Below, in pieces: positions 51,791 to 60,222 of a DNA stretch of 64,000 bases; within the stretch, counting starts at the first letter, position 1; each line of letters opens with the position of its first letter. Below the pieces are notes generated by a model that saw nothing but the letters and a program-made list of their open reading frames with translations, was not told where the DNA came from and searched no databases. The position numbers and the translations under genes were made by a program. Origin of the DNA: an uncultured bacterium (GTDB lineage: Bacteria > Patescibacteriota > Minisyncoccia > Phycocordibacterales > PALSA-1337); assembly GCA_963701025.1 (NCBI GenBank), contig OY969557.1, forward strand, positions 570,042 to 634,041. Reading direction: 5' to 3'.

Positions 51791-52273
51791 TTAAACTATC
51801 CACCCCTTCAGAAAATCCTTGAGCTCGGAGCCGCAATCCTCCATGCCGATCTCACGCATGTGCAAGATGGGATAACATTCCGGAGTATACTCATAGTGGC
51901 CGCGTACCTCCCCGTCTTCAAAAAGACGGATGTGATATTGACGAGAGAAATCCTTCACCCGGCGCAGACCGAGGATCTCGCCTTTGTCCTTCCACGCGAT
52001 GAAATGGTTCCCGTACCCTTGACTGATGAGGAAAGAAGCGAACTCTTTGGCGGATCGGTCCGGAGCCAGCCTGCCCAAAAGGAAATTCTGTCGGGTATCA
52101 TGGACGATGACGCCGAGCGACGTCAGAGTATCCCGTAGAAAGGGATGACATGGCGTATAGAATCTCCAGGCGACGTATTTCAGACGGTCAAACGTCGCAG
52201 TCGGGTACACCATCTTCGAATACGGAAGATCTTTTGTCGAAACGTTCAAGCGAAAGGCGACTGCTGATCCCAT
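51791..52273 (-). CDS. Hypothetical protein
   Basis: ORF co-directional with the doxX-like gene and mutM. Confidence 0.65.
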   Translation of the reverse strand: MGSAVAFRLNVSTKDLPYSKMVYPTATFDRLKYVAWRFYTPCHPFLRDTLTSLGVIVHDTRQNFLLGRLAPDRSAKEFASFLISQGYGNHFIAWKDKGEILGLRRVKDFSRQYHIRLFEDGEVRGHYEYTPECYPILHMREIGMEDCGSELKDFLKGWIV

Positions 52274-52282
52274 CGGAATATT

Positions 52283-52651
52283 TTATAGCGGCAGATCGAA
52301 AGCAAAGAATCCGGCGCCGGTGAAGAGGAGGGAGACGGCCATAACGAGGAGCAGGATGTAATAATTGATGCCGTCAGAGAGGAATTTGCGGTCGCGCGCC
52401 TTGAAGCCGAGCTTGATGACCAGTATGACGGCGTTCAAGAGGGCGGCGAGTTGTGTGAAGAGGCCGATGATGAGAAAGATGGCGATGAATATCTCCACCG
52501 CTCCATACAGGACGCTGTTCGAGCCGGAGCTCGTGCCACGCCTGCGGATCTTCTCATAGCCGAAATAGGCCAGGGTGATGCCGAGAACGAGGCGGATGAT
52601 GAACGGTCCGAACTGCTGGTAGGTGAGTAGCGCCGGGAATAGTGATAGCAT
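52283..52651 (-). CDS. DoxX family membrane protein
   Basis: IRLVLG..GYEKI, IGLFTQLAA, GAGFFAFD. Confidence 0.8.
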   Translation of the reverse strand: MLSLFPALLTYQQFGPFIIRLVLGITLAYFGYEKIRRRGTSSGSNSVLYGAVEIFIAIFLIIGLFTQLAALLNAVILVIKLGFKARDRKFLSDGINYYILLLVMAVSLLFTGAGFFAFDLPL

Positions 52652-52725
52652 GGGGCTATGATAACAAAAATGGGCCTAAAAAAGAAGCCAGAGCGGCTGG
52701 GTGTAAGGCTTCATAATACTGGCAA

Positions 52726-53667
52726 TCAGCTCCTGTGTGGCCGGCTATTGTGCAAGAGCTTCTGATGCGCGCTACAGAAATGAGCGCTCCTGCCGCCTAC
52801 CACTTTTCTCATTATGATGCCTTTACACTGTTTATCCCGGACGATGAACGAACATCTTTCCCCGGTTTTCCTATATGCTCGATGCTGTTCCTGGAATTTT
52901 CCGCGTACGCCGTGGATGTTCCGATAATCGGACATCGAGTCTCCGCCAAAGTCTATGCCTTTTTTGAGCACGATTATCACGGCCGCGTACAGCTTTTTAA
53001 GCAGTGCATCCGAATCATTTCGCGCGAAGATATTTTTCACCCGTTCCTCCGGATTGATACCTGCGCGCCAGAGGGCCTCGTCGCTGTATATATTGCCTAT
53101 GCCGGCGATGACGGACTGGTCCATGAGGACAGTTTTGACGCGGCCGCCCGGCTTCGTGTCCAAGCGCTCTTTGAAAACGGCGAAAGTAAAGCTCTTGTCC
53201 AATGGATCAGGCCCTATATTCACCAGATGTAAAGATTGTTCAAGGCCTTTTCCCGGATTGGCTTCCGAGATAAGCGTCACCTTTGCGAACTTGCGCATGT
53301 CGGAAAGCTCCAGAGTCTTGCCGTTCGAGAAAGTGAATATGAGGTGGATGAATCGGTTGAAAGGATCGGCGCGGTCGTAATCGCCGTACATGAGATGACC
53401 TGTCATCTTCATGTGGATCAAGATGACAAGATCCTTGTCATCTTTCTTTATATGCATGAGAATATTCTTGGCTTGCCTCGATGCGCTCTCGATGCGCGCC
53501 CCGACGACTTCTCTCTTGAAATACTTGAAATATGGGGGATCCTTTATGGAATCCTTGCCTTTATGGAAAGCGCTGTCGTAATCCGTCCATACGTCGGTGA
53601 TTTTCAGGCCGCGGATGGTTCTATTGAGCCCGTTGACGGTAGTTTGTACTTCGGGAAGTTCCGGCAT
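52726..53667 (-). CDS. mutM: Formamidopyrimidine-DNA glycosylase
   Basis: MPELPEV, HMKMTG, AGIGNIYSDE. Confidence 0.95.
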   Translation of the reverse strand: MPELPEVQTTVNGLNRTIRGLKITDVWTDYDSAFHKGKDSIKDPPYFKYFKREVVGARIESASRQAKNILMHIKKDDKDLVILIHMKMTGHLMYGDYDRADPFNRFIHLIFTFSNGKTLELSDMRKFAKVTLISEANPGKGLEQSLHLVNIGPDPLDKSFTFAVFKERLDTKPGGRVKTVLMDQSVIAGIGNIYSDEALWRAGINPEERVKNIFARNDSDALLKKLYAAVIIVLKKGIDFGGDSMSDYRNIHGVRGKFQEQHRAYRKTGERCSFIVRDKQCKGIIMRKVVGGRSAHFCSAHQKLLHNSRPHRS

Positions 53668-53708
53668 AATGATGAGTTAACCCAAACTTAGAAATTAGAC
53701 TAATTAGG

Positions 53709-54992
53709 TCAATTAGAAATTAACCTCTCCAACTCTTCCCGCGCCACCTTGGCGTCGCTCCACTGCGTCTTGGTCCCGTTCGGGCCCATGATGTAAGGAT
53801 CGGTGCCTTTGCCGGTAATGATGACGGTGTCGCCAGTTCGAGCCTGTTTGAGTGCCTCGCGGATAGCCAGACGGCGGTCCATGATGATGATCGGCGGATG
53901 AGACATGCCCTTGGCTACGTCGTCCACGATGCTGCGCGGGTCCTCGTCATACGGATCTTCGTCGGTCAGGATGACTTGGTCGCAATATGTGTCGGCGAGC
54001 CGGCCCATCTCGGAGCGCTTCCATGCGTCGCGCCCGCCGCCGGTGCCGCCGAGGACGCAGATGTTCCGCGACGACGGAAAGACTTGATAGAGCTTCTCGA
54101 GGGAATCGGGCGTATGGGCGTAGTCCACGATGACGGTGAAGTCCTGCCCGGCGTCTATGCGCTCGACCCGGCCTCGGATGCCGCTGAACTTCTCCACGGC
54201 TCGGATGATAGTCTCGTCGGCGACGCCCTGGCTCTTGGCGGCCGTGGCGGCGGCGAGGATGTTGTAGATGTTGAAAAGTCCGGAGAGCGGCGAATGGACG
54301 AGGCGTCCGCCGAAGGTGAACGAAAGGCCCTCCTTTTCTACGCTATATGGATCGGCGGAACGGATGTCGTAGGTCATCCGACGGTCGGCTGGGCACACCA
54401 TGAACCGGCCGCTTTCTTTGTCATCCGCATTGACGATGAGCGCGCGGTCATTTTTGCGCGATTTTCCGAGCTGTCTAGCGATAGCCAGCTTGGCCTCGAC
54501 GTATCTCTCGTATGATCCGTGGGCTTCTATATGTTCCGGCGAGAGATTGGTGAAGACTAGAGCGTCCATGTCGATAAAGAGATGCCGATAGGTGATGGCG
54601 CCCTGCGAAGTCATCTCGACTATGGCGTAGTCGCATTTCTTGTTCACAGCCTTGCGCAGGAATCTTTGCATGAAGAACCTTCCGGGCATGCTCATCTTGT
54701 ATAGATTGTCGGATGACAGTTCGCCCACCTTGAAGCGGATAGTATTCGATAGGGCCGTCTGATAGCCGGCTTCCTCCATGATGGCGTTCAGGATCTCGAC
54801 CGTGGAGCTCTTGCCTTTGGTGCCGATGACGGCGATGACTTTGATCTTGCGCGAAGGGAAGCGGTATACGAGCGCGGCCAAGAAAGCGAGCGTCCAATGA
54901 TACGCGGGATTGAGAGCCCTGAAGATCGGGCCTGGAATGAATCGCTGGGTCTTTGAGAGGACGGAGTCGAGCATGTAGTTATCGTGTATCAT
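53709..54992 (-). CDS. murE: Mur ligase (MurE-like)
   Basis: GTKGKSST, TNLSPEH, VDYAHTPD, TDEDP, GKG. Confidence 0.85.
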   Translation of the reverse strand: MIHDNYMLDSVLSKTQRFIPGPIFRALNPAYHWTLAFLAALVYRFPSRKIKVIAVIGTKGKSSTVEILNAIMEEAGYQTALSNTIRFKVGELSSDNLYKMSMPGRFFMQRFLRKAVNKKCDYAIVEMTSQGAITYRHLFIDMDALVFTNLSPEHIEAHGSYERYVEAKLAIARQLGKSRKNDRALIVNADDKESGRFMVCPADRRMTYDIRSADPYSVEKEGLSFTFGGRLVHSPLSGLFNIYNILAAATAAKSQGVADETIIRAVEKFSGIRGRVERIDAGQDFTVIVDYAHTPDSLEKLYQVFPSSRNICVLGGTGGGRDAWKRSEMGRLADTYCDQVILTDEDPYDEDPRSIVDDVAKGMSHPPIIIMDRRLAIREALKQARTGDTVIITGKGTDPYIMGPNGTKTQWSDAKVAREELERLISN

Positions 54993-55106
54993 TTTGAAGA
55001 AGATTGCACTATTGACTTATTGTCTGATAAGTGATAGGGTCGATTTTAGGCCTTTGACAACGAAAGTTGGCGGAGACAGAGTGACTCAACAAGAGAAAGG
55101 TATTAT

Positions 55107-55364
55107 ATGAACACAATGACAAACGGGAAACCCCGTCGCAGTTTCGGAGAATGGTGGCGCGCTTTCAACGAACCAGGCGATGCTTGGTTGGATCGGAATT
55201 TTCCGAGGATCGGTAGAGTGAACAGGTTCTGCAACAGACATGAAGGGGTCATCGCGATCATCCTTCTTGCTGTGGGCGTAAGTGCCGTGTTCCTCGTGCC
55301 GATCATTGCCCCCAAACTGGCCATTTTCCTCGTGCGGTGTTTCCCCGCGCTGGCCAATCACTAA
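55107..55364 (+). CDS. Small membrane protein
   Basis: ORF with C-terminal TM helix; purine-rich RBS-like sequence upstream. Confidence 0.55.
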   Translation: MNTMTNGKPRRSFGEWWRAFNEPGDAWLDRNFPRIGRVNRFCNRHEGVIAIILLAVGVSAVFLVPIIAPKLAIFLVRCFPALANH

Positions 55365-55398
55365 AAACTCACAACGATCACTTCATTGAAAGGACGAT

Positions 55399-56037
55399 AT
55401 GAAAATAATAGTAAACACGCGCCGACGCCAACAGAGCGGTTGGATATTGGTAATAATAGCGATTCTTGTTGTGGTAGGTGCTGCCGGCTATGCCTATTAC
55501 AAGATAGCCAGAGTAGTGTCCCATATCCAAGTACCGCCGGCCGATACGAATGATACGGACACGTATTATTCGCCGACAAACCAGGCACCCCACAATAACA
55601 TCGTGATGTCAGCGTCGCTTCAGACGGATGCAGCTCTCCCGCAAACCGTTTCACCGCCACCATTTGCTTTGCAATATGGTGTCAAGATCATTGATACCAA
55701 TCTCAATGGTCAAGGGTGGCTCAACGCCGGCACGAACTTGGTCGGACCGGTCGATGGGACGCCGTACGCGTTCATCAACACCAGCAACGAGTATGCATTC
55801 ATGTTGACCTATGCAAATGGTCAAGTGTTCTATTATGACTATGACGCTACAACCGCCAATTTGCTGAGTTCCTGGACCAGCTCTTCGTTGAAAACGGTTG
55901 TCATCCAAATAACGACGAACATGGCTGATTGGTCCCCGATCTACACCAATACCGCGTGTCCGATGAACGAGATATTGAACTTCGTCGACACTAATCCTCC
56001 ACTGGTCGCAGGATTCTATCGGTTGGTCATATACTGA
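55399..56037 (+). CDS. Membrane-anchored or secreted hypothetical protein with prepilin-like N-terminus
   Basis: RRRQQSG followed by a hydrophobic helix; AAAGGA RBS; terminator-like hairpin at 56052-56090. Confidence 0.7.
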   Translation: MKIIVNTRRRQQSGWILVIIAILVVVGAAGYAYYKIARVVSHIQVPPADTNDTDTYYSPTNQAPHNNIVMSASLQTDAALPQTVSPPPFALQYGVKIIDTNLNGQGWLNAGTNLVGPVDGTPYAFINTSNEYAFMLTYANGQVFYYDYDATTANLLSSWTSSSLKTVVIQITTNMADWSPIYTNTACPMNEILNFVDTNPPLVAGFYRLVIY

Positions 56038-56158
56038 AACCATTGCCCTTCAAGCCGCCTTAGTCATTGAGACGGGGCGGTCTTTTTATTTCGACAAACG
56101 AGGAGCATGTGATTGCTTGCAAGCACAATGTCCGGGTGCTGTCGAAAGAACGTATTCA

Positions 56159-56761
56159 TTATTTCCCTAATTCTTTCAACGCCGCTTTGACCTTGGCTCC
56201 GGTATCGGCGTCCACGCCGCCGTTCTTGACGCCATCAGCCGAGACTTTCTTCAAGGCGTCACGAGCTTCGTCGGCGTCGTAGCCGAGGGCTTTCAGCGCT
56301 TCAATGGCGTCCATATCACTCGACATGCCCGCGGACATTTCACCGCTACCTTCGCCGGAGAATCCACCTAGCTTGTCTTTCAATTCGAGAACGATCTTCT
56401 CCGCGGTCTTCTTTCCTATGCCGGAGACTTTGACCAGGTGGGCGACCGAACCGGTGCGGATGGCTCCGGAGAGCGTATCGCTCGATACCAGCGACAATAT
56501 GTTGAGCGCGCTCTTGGGGCCGATGCCGGAGACGGTGATGAGAAGCTGGAAAAAGTCGCGCTCCTTTCGGGACAGGAAACCGTAGAGGTCCTGCGCGTCT
56601 TCGCGCACGGCCATGTGAGTCCAAAAGGCCGTTTCATTGCCGACTTTCAGAGTGTGCGCGGTGTCATCGGTGATGAATATCTTGTAGCCGATGCCACGGA
56701 CTTCAACGACGGCATATTTGCCGCCCAACTCGGCCACGTTTCCCCGTATGGTCGCTATCAT
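56159..56761 (-). CDS. ruvA: Holliday junction DNA-binding protein RuvA
   Basis: MIATIRG, VRED..LYGF, VSGIGPKSA, GIGKKTAEKIVLELKDK. Confidence 0.96.
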   Translation of the reverse strand: MIATIRGNVAELGGKYAVVEVRGIGYKIFITDDTAHTLKVGNETAFWTHMAVREDAQDLYGFLSRKERDFFQLLITVSGIGPKSALNILSLVSSDTLSGAIRTGSVAHLVKVSGIGKKTAEKIVLELKDKLGGFSGEGSGEMSAGMSSDMDAIEALKALGYDADEARDALKKVSADGVKNGGVDADTGAKVKAALKELGK

Positions 56762-56828
56762 GAGGCCAGTATAGCATTTTCTTTACATTTTTTCGGCCGC
56801 GTGCTACCTTTCAATGACACTTACGCAT

Positions 56829-57095
56829 ATGGCCATCACCTCTTCAGCCAAGAAAGCTCTCCGCGCCGCCACGAAGAAGCGCGTCTTCAATCTGCGCCGC
56901 AAGGCCGAGATCGAGAAGAACATCAAAGCCTTCAGGAAGCTCGTCGTCGCCAAAGACGCAGCCGCCGCGGCCAAGCTCGTGCCGACTCTATATCAATCTC
57001 TCGACAAGGCCGTGAAGACCGGCTATATCAAGGCTAACGCCGCGTCCCGCCTCAAGTCGCGCGCCATGGCGGCCCTTAAGAAAATCGTAAATTGA
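56829..57095 (+). CDS. rpsT: 30S ribosomal protein S20
   Basis: SAKKALR, LDKAVKTG.I..N.ASRLKSR. Confidence 0.95.
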   Translation: MAITSSAKKALRAATKKRVFNLRRKAEIEKNIKAFRKLVVAKDAAAAAKLVPTLYQSLDKAVKTGYIKANAASRLKSRAMAALKKIVN

Positions 57096-57151
57096 AAATT
57101 GCGTATTGGAAATTAATTTTCAATTTCAATCATCGATATTCAATTCATACT

Positions 57152-57226
57152 GCCCTCGTCGTTCAACGGATAGGACGCAGGATTGCGGATCCTGCAATAG
57201 AGGTTCGATTCCTCTCGGGGGCACCA
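57152..57226 (+). tRNA. tRNA-Arg(GCG)
   Basis: GCCCTCG..CGGGGGCACCA; anticodon arm CAGGA-TTGCGGA-TCCTG. Confidence 0.93.
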
Positions 57227-57227
57227 C

Positions 57228-57256
57228 TTGACATACGGTTTCAAATATGGTATGAA
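57228..57256 (+). promoter_or_regulatory. Sigma70-like promoter for cas1
   Basis: TTGACA-17 nt-TATGAA with an extended -10 TG. Confidence 0.6.
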
Positions 57257-57294
57257 TAGGCAGTTCAGATTAGCAACTGCTAAATTCACCACAT

Positions 57295-58344
57295 ATGAAA
57301 ACCGACCTGCTCATAGACACGTACGGCACGCGCATCGGCGCCAGCGGCGAAAGGATCACGCTCTCGTTCCCAAAAATAGAAGAGAAGAAGGAATATCCCA
57401 TCCGTCGCGTGGACAAGATAGTCATATTGCGTCCAGCCTCTCTCACCACCAACGCCGTCCAGCTCGCCCTCGAACATGACGTGGACATCGTCTATCTGGG
57501 CGCTTTCGGCAAACCCATCGGCCGCATATTCTCCAGCGAACCGAAAGGTCTCGCCAGTCTCCGTAAGGCCCAGCTTGAGATCTCTAATGATCAGGAAAAA
57601 TCATTCGCCTTGGCCAAGGCCTTCGTCAAAGGCAAGTGCGCCAACCAGATCAGCCATATGAGGCTCTTGGGCTACCAGGGCAAGCAGGACTTCTCCAAGG
57701 AGCTTCTGCAGGCCCAGACCATGTTCGACTCCATAGACTTTCTTCCGGCTAGCGAAAAGAGTAAGGAACAGCTCCTTGGTACCGAGGGATATATAGCCGA
57801 TAGGTACTTTGCCTGCCTGCGCAAGGTCTCTAAATTCCCCGGTCGTATCCCGCAGGGCCGCGACAAGTACAACAGCATGCTCAATTACGGCTACGGCATA
57901 CTCTACAACGAGGTAGAACGCATGTGTCTCTACGTAGGTCTTGATCCATATCTCGGCCTCTACCACAGCGAGCGCTATGGCAAACCAGCTCTGGTTCTAG
58001 ATCTAGTCGAGGAGTTCCGTGTGCCAATAGTAGACATGGCTGTATTTCCATTCTTCATAAGCAAGGAGATCAATAAGCGCAAGTATTTCGAAAGAGTTGG
58101 CACGGGAAAGAAGGCGCAGTATCAGCTTTCTGCCGAAGGAAAAGCTCTTGTCGTCGGAGCCGTCATGAAGCATCTCTACCGCGAGGCGAAGTGGGACGGC
58201 AAGAACTATGCCATGAAGCGCATCATCGAGAATCAGATACGCGCCCTGGCCAGGCACTTCGTCGGCAAAGAGGCGAAATATAAAGCTTTCGACAGCACCG
58301 AATTCCTGCCCATAGAGTCGCCGATTGTCGATGACGGAAGATGA
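57295..58344 (+). CDS. cas1: CRISPR-associated integrase Cas1
   Basis: LLGTEG, NSMLNYGYGILY, GLDPYLGLYH, ALVLDLVEEFR; catalytic E, H and E/D residues present. Confidence 0.96.
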   Translation: MKTDLLIDTYGTRIGASGERITLSFPKIEEKKEYPIRRVDKIVILRPASLTTNAVQLALEHDVDIVYLGAFGKPIGRIFSSEPKGLASLRKAQLEISNDQEKSFALAKAFVKGKCANQISHMRLLGYQGKQDFSKELLQAQTMFDSIDFLPASEKSKEQLLGTEGYIADRYFACLRKVSKFPGRIPQGRDKYNSMLNYGYGILYNEVERMCLYVGLDPYLGLYHSERYGKPALVLDLVEEFRVPIVDMAVFPFFISKEINKRKYFERVGTGKKAQYQLSAEGKALVVGAVMKHLYREAKWDGKNYAMKRIIENQIRALARHFVGKEAKYKAFDSTEFLPIESPIVDDGR

Positions 58345-58658
58345 ATTACCTGCCGTACATAACTCTTGTCGGTTGGGAGACCAGGAATTGGCGGCATCGC
58401 GACAAGGCACTTATCTGGTGTAAGGATTATGGTTTGGAAGCGATCACCAGGCATATATTCATCGGCGAGCTGTATGCCAAGGAAAGAAAAGAGCTGGAAG
58501 CCAAATTCAAAAGCCTCTTCACCAAAAAAACCGAAAAGTTCTTCTTTGCGGGCATGTGCAGATCGTGCTTTAATGAGGGTATGTCAGGCGTACTGATCAA
58601 GGAAAAGTTCAGTCAGTTGGAGCACTTTGAATTGATCCAAATGCCAGAAAAGGATTGA
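58341..58658 (+). CDS. cas2: Divergent Cas2-like protein
   Basis: ATGA overlap with cas1; 105 aa; KDYGL....IFIGEL and CRSC match the Cas2 pattern, but the YD motif is absent. Confidence 0.7.
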   Translation: MNYLPYITLVGWETRNWRHRDKALIWCKDYGLEAITRHIFIGELYAKERKELEAKFKSLFTKKTEKFFFAGMCRSCFNEGMSGVLIKEKFSQLEHFELIQMPEKD

Positions 58659-58669
58659 AAAATGGTGCT

Positions 58670-58706
58670 CCTGCATAGGTATGTCGCACAAAGGACATTG
58701 TGCAAC
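58670..58706. repeat. Repeat 1
   Basis: Exact 37-mer. Confidence 0.97.
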
Positions 58707-58719
58707 GTCGTATTCCATG

Positions 58720-58884
58720 TTAGAGATGATTGACTTGCACGGCAGTCAAGCAATTTATCGCACTGTTTACAATCTTGTTGATTGATTCTTTTTCCATGTC
58801 AATCCCCTTTTTCAAGGTAGATTCCGCTAGGAAAATTGTAGTGCGTGCTTCTTTTAATAGGGCAACGATTTTTTCTTTATCCAT
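58720..58884 (-). CDS. 54-aa hypothetical protein in spacer 1
   Basis: Manual translation MDKEKIVALLKEARTTIFLAESTLKKGIDMEKESINKIVNSAINCLTAVQVNHL*. Confidence 0.5.
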   Translation of the reverse strand: MDKEKIVALLKEARTTIFLAESTLKKGIDMEKESINKIVNSAINCLTAVQVNHL

Positions 58885-58919
58885 TTGGATTTTGTTTTTA
58901 TTACCCCTGTCCTATGTCA

Positions 58920-58956
58920 CCTGCATAGGTATGTCGCACAAAGGACATTGTGCAAC
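58920..58956. repeat. Repeat 2
   Basis: Exact 37-mer. Confidence 0.97.
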
Positions 58957-58997
58957 CAGTCCCCTCAAATTGCGAAAAGCAGAAAAAAGAATTTTAT

Positions 58998-59789
58998 TCA
59001 AACCTCGTAAAATTCGGCGGCGACTGAATTCCGCTGCCGGTCAACGTAAAGTTTTGCGGCGGGAATCGTGATTTCTTTGCCCTCCCACCAGTCGCGATTC
59101 CGGGGGCCGAAATCGGTTGCCAAATTGAACGTCCTGCCGCGTATCGCCATCCGGTAACGCTTTGACCTGTGGCTGAATCCTCCGGCTGTGATTTTCTTGC
59201 CCTTCGGAGAATACCACGATTTTTTCGGGACTGATTTGAAATGCGGGTCAAAATGATAGCTTGCGACCGTGAGCCCTTCGATCCAGTAATACACGCGCCC
59301 AAAATATGCGGCGTGAATCCACTTTTCCCACAGTCGCGGGGTGTAGCGCTGGGCATTGAGGCCGGGCGTCCATTGCAAAAGCCACAGGACGTAAATACCG
59401 TTCCGGGCGTAATCAATCGTCCGTTGCGCGATGGTTTCAAGGGAAAGCGAACTGATCTGCACTTCAATGGCAACCGGCACTCCGTTTATCTCCGCGCTTA
59501 CATCCGGCCGGTTCGTTCCGAGCGGGTGTTCCAACGCGACATTGCGGACATGGGGTTCCTTTCGGAGCGCCATGAAAATCTCCATTTTGCAGCGCCGGTG
59601 CTCGTCGCTTTCGTTTTCGGCATACAGACACGCAAGGGGATTGGCGTGGGCGAAGTGGTTCACCATGTGTCTGCCGGTCTTCAAAATGACTTCATCGCCG
59701 CAATCAGGACATTTGAACGGGCCGTGCGCTTTCGACGCCAAATATGCGGTGACGATCTCGCCGGTGAGTTTTTGCTTGGCGCGGAGCAT
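58998..59789 (-). CDS. CoiA family protein (Zn ribbon plus PD-(D/E)XK nuclease-like), in spacer 2
   Basis: FKCPDCGDEVILKTG..NHFAH, ESDEH, RPDV..VAIEVQIS. Confidence 0.85.
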   Translation of the reverse strand: MLRAKQKLTGEIVTAYLASKAHGPFKCPDCGDEVILKTGRHMVNHFAHANPLACLYAENESDEHRRCKMEIFMALRKEPHVRNVALEHPLGTNRPDVSAEINGVPVAIEVQISSLSLETIAQRTIDYARNGIYVLWLLQWTPGLNAQRYTPRLWEKWIHAAYFGRVYYWIEGLTVASYHFDPHFKSVPKKSWYSPKGKKITAGGFSHRSKRYRMAIRGRTFNLATDFGPRNRDWWEGKEITIPAAKLYVDRQRNSVAAEFYEV

Positions 59790-59892
59790 GGGAAATGTGC
59801 GCCTATTTTACCATGACGAAAGGCTGCAAGAAAAATGAGTTGAAACATCACGTCAGTCTTCGACGCCACGTAGGCAGCATAAAGAGCATCAC

Positions 59893-59920
59893 AAAAAAGC
59901 AACTGATTGGAATCAGTTGC
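59893..59920 (-). terminator. Rho-independent terminator in spacer 2
   Basis: GCAACTGATT-CC-AATCAGTTGC-TTTTTT on the minus strand. Confidence 0.8.
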
Positions 59921-59927
59921 ATGTGTC

Positions 59928-60143
59928 TTAACGCTGTGGTGCGCTTCGCAAATCAATATTAGGCGTCAATACCGATGGAGAATTCCTGTTGGGATTGAAT
60001 GGTTTAGATGCTAGGGCAAATAAACCTGCCCAAAATGAATTGTAATCATCCGGCTGACAAGACCTAATATCCGCAGTGTCTGCGCTTTGTTTTGTAGATG
60101 GCTGTCGTATATTTGAAGGTGCTGGTTTAATTTTGTTAATCAC
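59928..60143 (-). CDS. 71-aa hypothetical protein in spacer 2
   Basis: Strong SD AAAGGAGG before GTG; followed by a terminator. Confidence 0.55.
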   Translation of the reverse strand: MINKIKPAPSNIRQPSTKQSADTADIRSCQPDDYNSFWAGLFALASKPFNPNRNSPSVLTPNIDLRSAPQR

Positions 60144-60222
60144 TATTACAACCTCCTTTCTGAAATAATGCTCTCATATAAAAAGGAAAAAAGCTAGGTG
60201 TTGATTATTGATGTTTCAAGGC

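Noticed and set aside
8698-56637. Many long antisense or alternate-frame ORFs over core genes
   Set aside because: Shadow ORFs from GC-rich codon usage with no recognisable motifs.
58730-59071. ORFs 58730-59071 and 61383-61604 sharing CIGMSHKGHCAT
   Set aside because: The shared peptide is only the translated repeat, not a protein family.
59920-59970. Possible attC site (GCCTAAT..GTTAAGAC, minus strand)
   Set aside because: No RYYYAAC core and poor internal symmetry.
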